42,411 nt of DNA from Polyangiales bacterium (GTDB lineage Bacteria; Myxococcota_A; Polyangia; Polyangiales; Houyiibacteriaceae): positions 1 through 42,411 of the forward strand of contig JBAVOF010000314.1 of the NCBI GenBank assembly GCA_049691835.1, in the 5' to 3' direction. This document shows, piece by piece, positions 1 through 8,704 of the stretch. Each line of letters starts with the position of its first letter. Within the stretch, counting starts at the first letter, position 1. The notes below the pieces were generated by a model that saw nothing but the letters and a program-made list of their open reading frames with translations, was not told the origin of the DNA and did not search any database. A program made the translations under genes and the position numbers.

Positions 1-1030
1 CGTGTAGGTCACCGCGAATGTCGGCTAGTGTGACTAGACTCGGCAACCGGTTTTCGCGGGCCGCTTCGATCTCGCCACGATTCTCACGCAGCTCCGGTTC
101 GATGTACCGCAGCCCCACGGCGTGAAAAATCTCGTCCTCCGTCCTGCCCGCGACCCGCTTTTTCCCCTTGAAGACTCCATACTCGTTGATCTTCAGCTTC
201 TTCTCGACCGCGATTTTTCGCACCGCGATGTTATGTGCCTTCGAACCGGTGAAGTAGTAGAGCGCGGCACCGTACGAGACCTCCGGCACGACGCGCAGGT
301 CGACTTGGAGGTTGCCACGGAGCAAGACGGTAGACCGGGTCCTGCCCTCCGAGACGACCTCGTCCACTTCGTCGTATGCAACGAAACGCCTGACCACCGG
401 GCAGCCGCGCTCGCAGGTCACCAAGATGTCTAAATCGCCAATGGTCTCTTGACGCCGGCGATAGCTGCCGGCGACCACGACCGCTCTCACGCCTGCAATG
501 CCCTCCAAGTAGCCGGTGTACGCACTTGCAACCCTCTCGACATCGACCAGTTTGTGGCGCCGCTCACTGCCAAGGTGCTTCGAGAGCGCATGAAGGATTC
601 GCAGCTCCGTCTTCTCTCCAAATCCAGGTAGCGCCCGGATTCGATGCTTCTTGGCGGCGCGCTCCAGGTCCTCGAGACCCCTAACGCCCAGGTTCTCGTA
701 CAGCGCCCTGACCCGCCTCGCGCCCAATCCTGGCAGCTTGGTCAAATCCACGAGACCTGCTGGAACCTCTTTCTCCAAGTCCGTTAGCGCCGAGAAATGT
801 CCGGTGTCGGCCACTTCCGCGATTTTCGACGCGAGGTCCGCGCCGATCGCCGGCAACTCGGACAAGTCCTCTCCCTCTGCAATGAGGTCTGTGACGTCGC
901 GTGGGAGGTCGCCGAGGGTTCGCGCAGCGTTGCGATAGGCCCGGACCCTGAAAGGATTTGCCCCTTGGATTTCCAACAACATCGCCATGCGATCGAAGAG
1001 GTCGGCGATCTCGGCGTTATGAACAGGCAT
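1..1030 (-). CDS. polX: DNA polymerase X family protein (PolX), N-terminal Pol-beta-like part; the C-terminal PHP domain continues beyond the left edge
   Basis: Not in the ORF track because there is no stop inside the window. My translation of the minus strand from ATG (cat at 1028-1030) gives MPVHNAEIADLFDRMAMLLEIQGANPFRVRAYRNAARTLGDL... It has helix-hairpin-helix motifs (LPAIGADLASKI, LPGLGARRVRAL, LPGFGEKTE), the nucleotidyltransferase motif GSYRRRQETIGDLDILV and YYFTGSKAHNI. It ends ...LADIRGDLH at nt 1, where a PHP domain normally begins. Confidence 0.85.
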   Translation of the reverse strand, partial: MPVHNAEIADLFDRMAMLLEIQGANPFRVRAYRNAARTLGDLPRDVTDLIAEGEDLSELPAIGADLASKIAEVADTGHFSALTDLEKEVPAGLVDLTKLPGLGARRVRALYENLGVRGLEDLERAAKKHRIRALPGFGEKTELRILHALSKHLGSERRHKLVDVERVASAYTGYLEGIAGVRAVVVAGSYRRRQETIGDLDILVTCERGCPVVRRFVAYDEVDEVVSEGRTRSTVLLRGNLQVDLRVVPEVSYGAALYYFTGSKAHNIAVRKIAVEKKLKINEYGVFKGKKRVAGRTEDEIFHAVGLRYIEPELRENRGEIEAARENRLPSLVTLADIRGDLH

Positions 1031-1219
1031 TACTTGCGGTGCCCGACTATAGCCCGTCCGGAGATCGGACGCGGCGCACGTTGTGCATCGGTTTGGCAAG
1101 CACTGCGCCTAGCTCGGCGCCACATACCCAAGCTTCGATTCCGCGATGACGCAGATGTCGTCGGCTCGATTCTTGCTTGTCACCGCTCATGCTCGCGCCG
1201 CACGAGAAGATTTCAATTC

Positions 1220-2725
1220 ATGCCTCGTTACTACCAAGCGATCGCCCTCGACTATGACGGAACGCTGACGGGCGAAGACCATCCTGGTCCCGAGGTCCTT
1301 GCGGCGCTCGCACAGATTCGTGGCCATAGCGTCAGGACCATTCTGGTCAGCGGTCGGGTGTTCTCCGATCTGTGCCGGGTTTTCCCCCAAGTGGACGATT
1401 GGTTCGACTACATCGTTGCGGAGAATGGAGCGGTTCTTCGTCATCGGGGTGTCTCCCGCGCGGTTACGGCTCCAGTTCCGATCGAGCTGGACGGACCACT
1501 GGTGGACCAGGGCATCGCGTTCACACGCGGGCAAGTGCTCCTAGCATGCGCTGGTGAGCACGAGATCACGGTCCTGAAGGAGTTGCGCCGCATCGGGTCA
1601 GACTGTCAGCTGATACGCAACCGAGACGCGCTGATGGTCTTGCCAGCAGGTGTGTCGAAGGGCTCAGGGGTCCTCGAGGCACTCGAGGAGCTGGGGCTCT
1701 CGTATCACAACGTCGTTGCAGTAGGCGACGCAGAGAACGACCTTGCTTTGCTCGACCGCTGCGAGCTTCGAGTCGCGGTAGCCAACGCCGTAGCGTCGCT
1801 CCGCAATCACGCGGATATCGTGCTGCAGGAGCCGAATGGGCAAGGAGTGATCGAGTTTCTCAACGGCCCACTATTCCGTGAGGACGGTGCGCAGCTGCCT
1901 GGTCGTTGGCGAATCACGCTCGGCACCTCCCCCGCGGGTGACGTCGTCACACTTCCAGCATCGTGGGTCAATGTGCTCGTGATCGGTGGCAGCGGTGCGG
2001 GTAAGTCGTACATGGCGGGGCTGATGGCCGAACGCCTCCTCGAGCTGCGAGAGGAGCGCGAACAAAGCGGACTGCCGCATTGGGTGATCGTGGATGAGGC
2101 CCATGTCCCATTCGGCGCGGGTAGCATCGCGTGTGACGCGTTTCGAGGCGGTGAAAAAGGTATCTGCCTCGTGACCTACGCGCCACAGCGGCTGTGCGTG
2201 ACGAATGACCTCGAGTTCGACTACATCATCGCGCTTGCCGGCAACGAGGGTCTTTCCCGCGATGCATTGGGGGATGTCGAAGGTATTCTCGGCGCCCGGG
2301 CCTCGGGACCTTTGCCGACTCTCGACAAGGGGCAGGGTTTGCTGGTGCATCTCGGCAACCTCCTCGAGCCCCAGGTGTTCGACCTCGGCTCGCGGTGGCT
2401 TCGCCATGTGCGGCATTGGCACAAGTACGCGGAAGCCCATCTCCCGTGGGAGAAGGCGTTTCGGTTTGCCAGGTTGGAGGGACCGACCGGTGCGGTAGCA
2501 GACAATCTCTTGGAATTCCGCCGGGAGTTGCTCCGATGCGATCCACAGGTGGTCCTGCACCACCTGGCCAACCGTGACTTCTCTCGATGGATCGATGGCG
2601 TGCTCGGTGACCAGAGACTAGCCCAAGCCGTTCGAGAAGTTGAAGAAACATTTGATCGGGAGCGATCGCTCGAGAACCCGCGCCAGGAAATCGCAGAGGC
2701 CATAGAGAACCGCTACCTGGCGTGA
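1220..2725 (+). CDS. HAD-IIB (Cof-like) phosphatase fused to a P-loop NTPase-like module and a C-terminal domain of unknown function
   Basis: Track ORF 797..2725 trimmed to the in-frame ATG at 1220, because the upstream part overlaps polX on the other strand. HAD motifs: ALDYDGTLT, VSGR, K..GDAENDLALL. Walker A GGSGAGKS is at nt 1985-2008 and Walker B-like VIVDEAH at nt 2084-2104. I recognise no motif in the last ~170 aa. Confidence 0.75.
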   Translation: MPRYYQAIALDYDGTLTGEDHPGPEVLAALAQIRGHSVRTILVSGRVFSDLCRVFPQVDDWFDYIVAENGAVLRHRGVSRAVTAPVPIELDGPLVDQGIAFTRGQVLLACAGEHEITVLKELRRIGSDCQLIRNRDALMVLPAGVSKGSGVLEALEELGLSYHNVVAVGDAENDLALLDRCELRVAVANAVASLRNHADIVLQEPNGQGVIEFLNGPLFREDGAQLPGRWRITLGTSPAGDVVTLPASWVNVLVIGGSGAGKSYMAGLMAERLLELREEREQSGLPHWVIVDEAHVPFGAGSIACDAFRGGEKGICLVTYAPQRLCVTNDLEFDYIIALAGNEGLSRDALGDVEGILGARASGPLPTLDKGQGLLVHLGNLLEPQVFDLGSRWLRHVRHWHKYAEAHLPWEKAFRFARLEGPTGAVADNLLEFRRELLRCDPQVVLHHLANRDFSRWIDGVLGDQRLAQAVREVEETFDRERSLENPRQEIAEAIENRYLA

Positions 2726-2765
2726 TCTGGGAAAGTCTCCCGACGCAGCTCGTCGCGAAGTCCCG

Positions 2766-5372
2766 TCAGCGCGGCCACCACGGATGAGGGCCGGACGGTC
2801 GGCGTCCACGGCGTTCTGATTGTGCTGCTTTGCGATCGAGGTATGAAAGCAAGGGACTCTTCACCACTTCGATCGTTAACGCGTACGATACCGTGATGAC
2901 TACGACCGAGAGCCAGATGACTCCGGGCAATTCAGTAAAGCCAAATATGTCTCGAACCGGCGAGAGCGGCAGCGCGAACGTCAGACCCAGGACGAGCAGC
3001 GTAGACCCGAGCAGGGCAGGATGTGGTCGGCTAGTCCAGAATCGTCCTCGAGTTCGCAGAACGAGAAGCACCAAGAGCTCGGTGAGTAACGATTCCGCAA
3101 ACCATGCGGTCCTGAAGACTTCCGGGGTCGCATGGAACAACTGCGTAAGAATGAGGAATGTGACACCATCGAAGGCGGCGCTGATGAGCCCAAACAGGAG
3201 CATGAATCGACGGATGAAGCCCATGTTCCAGTGCTGCGGTTTACACACCATGTCGCGATCGACACGGTCTCCGGCGAGGGTGGTCGAAGGGATGTCGGAA
3301 AGCAGGTTGTTGAGCAGGACCTGATGGGCAAGCAACGGAAGAAATGGCAGGAAGAGAGTAGCGGCAGCCATGCTCAGCATGTTGCCGAGATTGGCACTCT
3401 CTGTCGTCAGTACATACTTGAGCGTATTTGCGAACGTGGTACGGCCTTCCTCGACGCCGGCACATATCGTGTCTAGGTCGCGTTGGAGCAAGACGAAGTC
3501 TGCGGCTTCACGTGCCACGTCCGCCGCGCCGTCGACGGAAATTCCCACGTCGGCAGCTCGGATGGCGGGGGCGTCGTTGATCCCGTCACCCATGAATCCC
3601 ACCACGTGCCCCGTTTTCTTCAAGGCGACGAGGATCCGTTCTTTCTGAATCGGATCGACTTCCGCAAACAGATCGCAACGCTCGGCGAGATGCCATAGCG
3701 CATCGTCCCTAAGAGTGGCGATTTCTTTGCCACACAATACCTCTCGCGCGTGCAGTCCCACCTGGCCAGCAAGGTGCGCGACGACTCCGCGGTGATCTCC
3801 ACTGATGATCTTCACCCGAATGCCGAGGCTCCGAAGATGGCCGATCGCTTTCTCGACTTCCGGTTTGGGCGGATCTCGAAAGGTGACGAATCCCTCGAGG
3901 ACGAGGTCGTGCTCAGCTCTGCGGTCGATGCTTTCGTCGCGCGGCCATTGACGAGTCGCAACCGCAATTACGCGAATTCCACCTCGACTCAAAGCAGCCA
4001 CGCGCGACTCCAATCGTGCGCGTGTCGGTGCGTCCAGGGCGGACACCGTGCGTCCGGCCGCTCGGACGGCGTTGCAGACGGAGAGCACCGAATCGGCAGC
4101 TCCCTTGGTCACGAGCAGCGGCTCGTGTCCGGGCGACTCGACTAGGACGCTCAGGCGCTTGCGCGCAAAATCGAATGGGATCTCGTCGGATTTCGACGGG
4201 AGGGCAAGTGCGCCCCCCGGGCAGGTCGATACGATGGCGCGATCGAGTGGGTTTGGAAGGCCAGCTTGAAGCTTCGCGTTCCAGAAGGCTAGGCTCAAGA
4301 CTCGATCTGAAGCTTCGCCGTCCGCGTTGGTAGCCGCTTCGAGTTGAATCTCGCCCTCGGTCAGGGTTCCGGTCTTGTCCGTGCACAGGACGTCCATGTT
4401 ACCTAGGTTCTCCATGGCCTCGAGCCGGCGCACCAGCACGCCCCGCTCGGCCATCCGACGTGCCCCCCGTGCGAGCATCGTCGCCAGAACAGCAGGCAAC
4501 ATCTCGGGAGCGAGTCCAACCGCGAGCGCGACGGCGAAAAGGAGCGCATCGACCGGTGGATGGTGGCGCAAGGCACTTGCCGCGAAGACGAGAAAAACGA
4601 GAACGATCATCATGCTGAGCAGGAGGTACCCGAAACGTCGAAGACCCAGTTGAAACTCCGTCTCCGGCGGCCTGAGCGCCAGACGTCCAGCGATCGCACC
4701 GAACACGGTGCGGGTGCCTGTCTCGACGACGACGGCGCGTCCGGTCCCGCTGCGGACATTCGTCCCCATGTGCACGACGTTGCAGCGTTCGCCCAATGCG
4801 CTCGATGCGCCGACCTCGCCAGGACGCTTTTCCACAGCGAACGGCTCACCGGTGAGGGCGGCTTCGCCGACATAGAGATCACGCGCCTGAAGCAGGACGG
4901 CATCTGCCGAGATCATCGTCCCCGCGGCGAGGAGTAGGATGTCACCCGGAACGACAGTGGTTGCGAGCACGTCGGTTTCTTGACCGTCTCGCACCACGCG
5001 AGATTGCAGCGCGACCCGATCACGAAGCCGCTGCAGAGCGCGCCCAGCATGACTCTCTTGAACGATGGAAGTCAGCGAGCCGAGCATCAGTATGGTCACT
5101 AGGATCACGGCATCGGTGGTCTCGCCAACGCTAGCGCCGACCAGGGCTGCGAAGACCAGAAGCCACGACAGGGGATTGCGAAGCTGGGAGCCTACCGCCT
5201 GCCAGAGCGGGCTCGCATGCCCCGAGGTCAGACAATTGTGCCCGTACGTTTGCAGACGCGCCGCGGCTTCCGCTTCGCTGAGACCGGTGTCCGTCGTGCC
5301 TAGCTTGGTGAGGAGAGCGTGGAGCGGCGTGGACCAGTACGTACTTTGCTCTGTGGGTCGACCCTGAGTCAT
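2766..5372 (-). CDS. mgtA: Magnesium-translocating P-type ATPase (MgtA-like)
   Basis: 868 aa. It has the phosphorylation motif CTDKTGTLT, the hinge MGDGINDAPA, TGEP, and the MgtA-type PEMLP in TM4 (other P2 ATPases have PEGLP). About 10 TM segments. The ATG overlaps the upstream stop (ATGA at 5369-5372). Confidence 0.85.
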   Translation of the reverse strand: MTQGRPTEQSTYWSTPLHALLTKLGTTDTGLSEAEAAARLQTYGHNCLTSGHASPLWQAVGSQLRNPLSWLLVFAALVGASVGETTDAVILVTILMLGSLTSIVQESHAGRALQRLRDRVALQSRVVRDGQETDVLATTVVPGDILLLAAGTMISADAVLLQARDLYVGEAALTGEPFAVEKRPGEVGASSALGERCNVVHMGTNVRSGTGRAVVVETGTRTVFGAIAGRLALRPPETEFQLGLRRFGYLLLSMMIVLVFLVFAASALRHHPPVDALLFAVALAVGLAPEMLPAVLATMLARGARRMAERGVLVRRLEAMENLGNMDVLCTDKTGTLTEGEIQLEAATNADGEASDRVLSLAFWNAKLQAGLPNPLDRAIVSTCPGGALALPSKSDEIPFDFARKRLSVLVESPGHEPLLVTKGAADSVLSVCNAVRAAGRTVSALDAPTRARLESRVAALSRGGIRVIAVATRQWPRDESIDRRAEHDLVLEGFVTFRDPPKPEVEKAIGHLRSLGIRVKIISGDHRGVVAHLAGQVGLHAREVLCGKEIATLRDDALWHLAERCDLFAEVDPIQKERILVALKKTGHVVGFMGDGINDAPAIRAADVGISVDGAADVAREAADFVLLQRDLDTICAGVEEGRTTFANTLKYVLTTESANLGNMLSMAAATLFLPFLPLLAHQVLLNNLLSDIPSTTLAGDRVDRDMVCKPQHWNMGFIRRFMLLFGLISAAFDGVTFLILTQLFHATPEVFRTAWFAESLLTELLVLLVLRTRGRFWTSRPHPALLGSTLLVLGLTFALPLSPVRDIFGFTELPGVIWLSVVVITVSYALTIEVVKSPLLSYLDRKAAQSERRGRRPSGPHPWWPR

Positions 5373-6382
5373 TGTCTGGTCCCGTCATCTTCGTTTCGGT
5401 TGGAGCGAGCGTGTGAAAGATCACGTCGAGCGAGAAGAATGCCCGGAATCAACGGTATCCACAGCGTCAACCCGCGAAGAAACAGCGTGCCGGTCAGAGC
5501 CGCCTCTACCGGGACGCCCAGCAGTGCGAGGCTAGCCGTACACCCCGCCTCGAAGCTCCCGAGCCCGCCAGGGAGAAAGGAAATCGTCCCGGCCAAGGAA
5601 CCGACGACGAGCCCCGCAAAGGCGGTCGGTGGGTGCAGGGAAGTGCCAGTCGATTGGAGCAACGCCCAAAGGGTTCCCGCATCGAGGAGGAAGATCCCAA
5701 GATGAAACCCAGTCGCCGTCGCCAGGAGTCGCGGGTCGCGAATGCGGTCCGGAGACACTCCTTCCAAGGCTCGGAGGAAGCTGCGGATGACCGATACGCG
5801 CGCAAGTCGCGGACCTGGTTTCCAGTCACGATGCTCGAGCAACCACCAAGCGATTACGGGCACGGAAGCCAGCACGACGCCGAACAGCACGACGAGCGCC
5901 AGAAAGAACCGGGCCACTTCGTGATGAAGCCAAAGAATACCGAACGTCGCCGCCGTCACCAGCGCGTAGGCCACGTAGTAGCCGAGAATGTCGATCATGA
6001 GCGCCTCTGTCGCGACCGACCCGGGCAGTCCCAATTGCCGCATGGCGCGGGCGACCAGCAGGTTGCCGGACATGCCTCCGGTAGGTATCAGCTGATCGAC
6101 GCTCAGCTTCTCAATCGCTAGGCGGCCCAACTGAAGCAAGCGGAGACGAAATCCAGCCGCAGCGGCGACGGGCCGCCAGATGGCGCCTGCGCAGGCGTAG
6201 GTCGCGAGTTGCAGCACCAACGCCAAAACGACCCAGCTCGGCTCTGCATGCTCGATCAGGCTCGTGAACCGGCGAGCTTCGCTCAAGTGGATGAGCGTGA
6301 ACAGGACGAGCATCACCAAAACGACCACGGAGATGAACAACCCGATTCGTGAAACACGTGGTGCTGGGAGCTTGTCTCGCAT
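5369..6382 (-). CDS. UPF0104 / lysylphosphatidylglycerol-synthase-type transmembrane (flippase-like) domain protein
   Basis: 337 aa polytopic membrane protein. The N-terminus MRDKLPAPRVSRIGLFISVVVLV... and the segment LSVDQLIPTGGMSGNLLVARAM resemble the MprF TM-domain family. The synthase (C-terminal) domain is absent. Confidence 0.65.
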   Translation of the reverse strand: MRDKLPAPRVSRIGLFISVVVLVMLVLFTLIHLSEARRFTSLIEHAEPSWVVLALVLQLATYACAGAIWRPVAAAAGFRLRLLQLGRLAIEKLSVDQLIPTGGMSGNLLVARAMRQLGLPGSVATEALMIDILGYYVAYALVTAATFGILWLHHEVARFFLALVVLFGVVLASVPVIAWWLLEHRDWKPGPRLARVSVIRSFLRALEGVSPDRIRDPRLLATATGFHLGIFLLDAGTLWALLQSTGTSLHPPTAFAGLVVGSLAGTISFLPGGLGSFEAGCTASLALLGVPVEAALTGTLFLRGLTLWIPLIPGILLARRDLSHARSNRNEDDGTRQ

Positions 6383-6568
6383 CGTGTGACTTGCGGCGAG
6401 CGCGGTGAACCGCCTGCGTCCAGCTCACCCGGTGGACTTACGAACAAGCGTCAGTCAAAGCAGGAACTTAGCCCCTCTTCTTGTACCATGGGCGGCGCGC
6501 AGGAAAAGGGCGCCATCGAGCGAACGCCGCGCCGGCGTTCCCCGCGGCCATCGTGTATAGTAGCGACC

Positions 6569-7651
6569 GTGCGACGCCTAGCCCTCATTGTCCTGATGGC
6601 CTCTGTTTCGGGCTGCGGCTCGTCGAGCGACAGCGACGATGAGGGTGCGGCTCAGTTGGGCGTCGTTCGAACAGTAGACCCGCGGAGACTTCAGGATCCC
6701 GACCAATGGGGCCCAGAGCTGGACCTCGCCCTCGAGACCGAATTCTGGGATCTGATCGGCAACTCCGATCACCATCGATATCCGGCTTGGCATGCGAAGG
6801 CCAAGCAGTACGTGGTCGACAACGCGGACGTCGACCCGCGCATCCGGATGTTCATTTCGGCCGGTGCTGTATTCAGGCTAACGACGCTATTCCAGTATTC
6901 CGATCCCCTGACTCAGATCGCCGAATATGCCGACTACATCGCCGACGCCACCATCGGCATCCACGCCGCCGTCGAGCCGCTGACCGATCACGAACCTGCG
7001 GTCGTGTTCTTCCACAACAACCAGGCGATGCTAGCATTCCTGTTGGCTGCGAATGCCGATCTGGGCATCTGTCATCTCGAGAAGCTGCGCAACCTAGAAG
7101 ACAGCAACGCGGGTTTCCACGGAACCGAGGGCAGGGCAGCGGCCCCTTTCACGTACGGGATGGTCAACGACGAGGCGTATGTCGACTACGCAATCGCCAT
7201 GATGGAAGGTTGCGACACCTGGATCTGTAACTGGACCTCGAAGCTGGCGCCCTTCAAGCCGATCGGTCAGCTGATGACTCTGGCCGAGCTCCACGCCATC
7301 AAGGCGGCGCTGAGCAGCAACGACACCACGCGCGCTGCGGCTTACGAGGAGATGGACGCTTTGCTCGATCGCGCGTCCATGCTCGGGGCGGCGCGCGGGT
7401 ATCCGTTTCTGGACCGAATCGAGTCCCTTCGCCGCGAGCTTCCGACTCGTCAATACGTCGATGGGATGGGACTCGGGCGATCGCCGATGCCGATCTATTC
7501 GAATTCGACGAACTGCAGCAACTGCCACATTGGCGGGCTTCCGGGCCGCTACGGCGAGGACCTCGACGAGCCCTATCCGGGCGCGGGGATCTGGACGCCC
7601 AAGCCTGGGCCGCCTCCGTTCAAGAGCAACGCGCCCGTTTCCTGCGACTGA
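6569..7651 (+). CDS. Hypothetical lipoprotein (helical, unknown family) with a C-terminal CXXCH motif
   Basis: Track ORF 6386..7651 trimmed to the in-frame GTG at 6569. VRRLALIVLMASVSGC has an RR n-region, a hydrophobic core and a lipobox-like VSGC. CSNCH lies at nt 7514-7528. No family recognised. Confidence 0.6.
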   Translation: MRRLALIVLMASVSGCGSSSDSDDEGAAQLGVVRTVDPRRLQDPDQWGPELDLALETEFWDLIGNSDHHRYPAWHAKAKQYVVDNADVDPRIRMFISAGAVFRLTTLFQYSDPLTQIAEYADYIADATIGIHAAVEPLTDHEPAVVFFHNNQAMLAFLLAANADLGICHLEKLRNLEDSNAGFHGTEGRAAAPFTYGMVNDEAYVDYAIAMMEGCDTWICNWTSKLAPFKPIGQLMTLAELHAIKAALSSNDTTRAAAYEEMDALLDRASMLGAARGYPFLDRIESLRRELPTRQYVDGMGLGRSPMPIYSNSTNCSNCHIGGLPGRYGEDLDEPYPGAGIWTPKPGPPPFKSNAPVSCD

Positions 7652-7666
7652 GGGCTGAGTACCAAC

Positions 7667-8161
7667 TCAACGATTCTTTGGGACCCAGGCCCAGGTCATC
7701 TCGCAGCGAATTGGCTCGATGCCGGAGTCGTCGGTCACCCGGCACTGAACCAGGACTTCGCCTTTTGGCTCCGTGGCGATTGCTCGGCGCTGCGCTTCCG
7801 AGAGCGTCGCGTCGGCGCGCAGGCCGCCTGTTGCCCGCTTCAGGTATTCGATTTTGACGGTCTTGACTACGGGCACGGCGGTATCAGGCACGTTCATACC
7901 CACTACGAACCCCGTCGCGCTCTCGGCGATGAGGCCCATGGCCATCGCGTGTACGCCGCCAACGTGGTTCTGCACGCGCTTCTTGTTGGCTACCGACACG
8001 ATGGCTCGCTCGGCGGTCAGCTCTTCGACCTTCAAGCCAGCGGTCCCGACGAACTTCACCGCACGACCCAAAGCCAGGCTGATCGCTTGCTGCCGGAAGG
8101 GGCCGGAGATCTTTTCGATCCGTTCGATGGTTTTCGCGAGCCGGTTTGTGGGCTTGTCCAT
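7667..8161 (-). CDS. Hotdog-fold thioesterase-like protein (PaaI/DUF4442-like)
   Basis: 164 aa. The size and the central NHVGGVHAMAMGLIAESATG segment resemble PaaI-type hotdog proteins. GGAG lies 6 nt upstream of the ATG. Confidence 0.55.
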   Translation of the reverse strand: MDKPTNRLAKTIERIEKISGPFRQQAISLALGRAVKFVGTAGLKVEELTAERAIVSVANKKRVQNHVGGVHAMAMGLIAESATGFVVGMNVPDTAVPVVKTVKIEYLKRATGGLRADATLSEAQRRAIATEPKGEVLVQCRVTDDSGIEPIRCEMTWAWVPKNR

Positions 8162-8283
8162 GGCGTGCTCCGTCGGTCGGGTATTGTTGACGACAAAGCC
8201 CTAGTAGCCGTGTCACGACGTCTTTTCAAGGCGCGGCGATCGTGCGACTCTCAACGTGTTGGACCACCCGCAAGGAGACCGCC

Positions 8284-8682
8284 ATGAACTCACTGCAATG
8301 GCTTGCCGCGAGCGCGATTCTCACCGCACTGTTCTGGGTTCCGTACATCCTCGAGCGAATGGTGTCGCTCGGCGTGGTTGGGGCTCTCAAGCCGGTTGAT
8401 CCGGAAGACGAGCTCAAGCAGCGGCTCTGGGCGCGCCGCGCCAAACGCGCGCACTACAACGCCGTCGAAAACCTCGTGGTCTTCGCAACGCTGGTCTTAG
8501 TGGCCCAGGCCATGGGCAAAGGAGAGAATGCGCAGCTGCTCTTCGCGACCCAGATGTATTTTTGGGCGCGACTCGTCCACTACCCTGCGCTCACGATGGG
8601 TTGGCCGGGGGTTCGAACCGTCGCATTCCTCGTCGGCTTCGCCGCGCAGGTCATCGTAGCGTTGAATATCTGGTGCGACTGA
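8284..8682 (+). CDS. MAPEG family membrane protein
   Basis: Track ORF 8242..8682 trimmed to ATG 8284, which is preceded by AAGGAG (8272-8277). About 132 aa with 4 TM segments and an RRAKRAHYNAVENLVVF motif typical of bacterial MAPEG proteins. Confidence 0.7.
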   Translation: MNSLQWLAASAILTALFWVPYILERMVSLGVVGALKPVDPEDELKQRLWARRAKRAHYNAVENLVVFATLVLVAQAMGKGENAQLLFATQMYFWARLVHYPALTMGWPGVRTVAFLVGFAAQVIVALNIWCD

Positions 8683-8704
8683 GGAAACCGAAGACCTCGC
8701 CCGC

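Noticed and set aside
797-1219. The N-terminal 141 codons of track ORF 797..2725.
   Set aside because: This part overlaps the polX coding region on the other strand and looks like a translated antisense/intergenic sequence. The HAD domain begins right at the internal ATG 1220 (MPRYYQAIALDYDGT).
1220-2725. Interpreting the HAD plus P-loop fusion as a bacterial polynucleotide kinase-phosphatase working with PolX.
   Set aside because: The HAD domain is the capped IIB/Cof type, which usually acts on small phospho-sugars, not the capless type of PNKP. The P-loop module also has a DEAH-type Walker B rather than kinase features. The idea is retained only as a remote possibility in the finding.
6383-6568. 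A possible Mg2+ riboswitch (M-box) or mgtL-like leader upstream of the UPF0104-mgtA operon.
   Set aside because: I could not recognise M-box conserved segments or a short Pro-rich leader ORF on the minus strand by eye. A covariance-model scan would be needed to exclude it formally.
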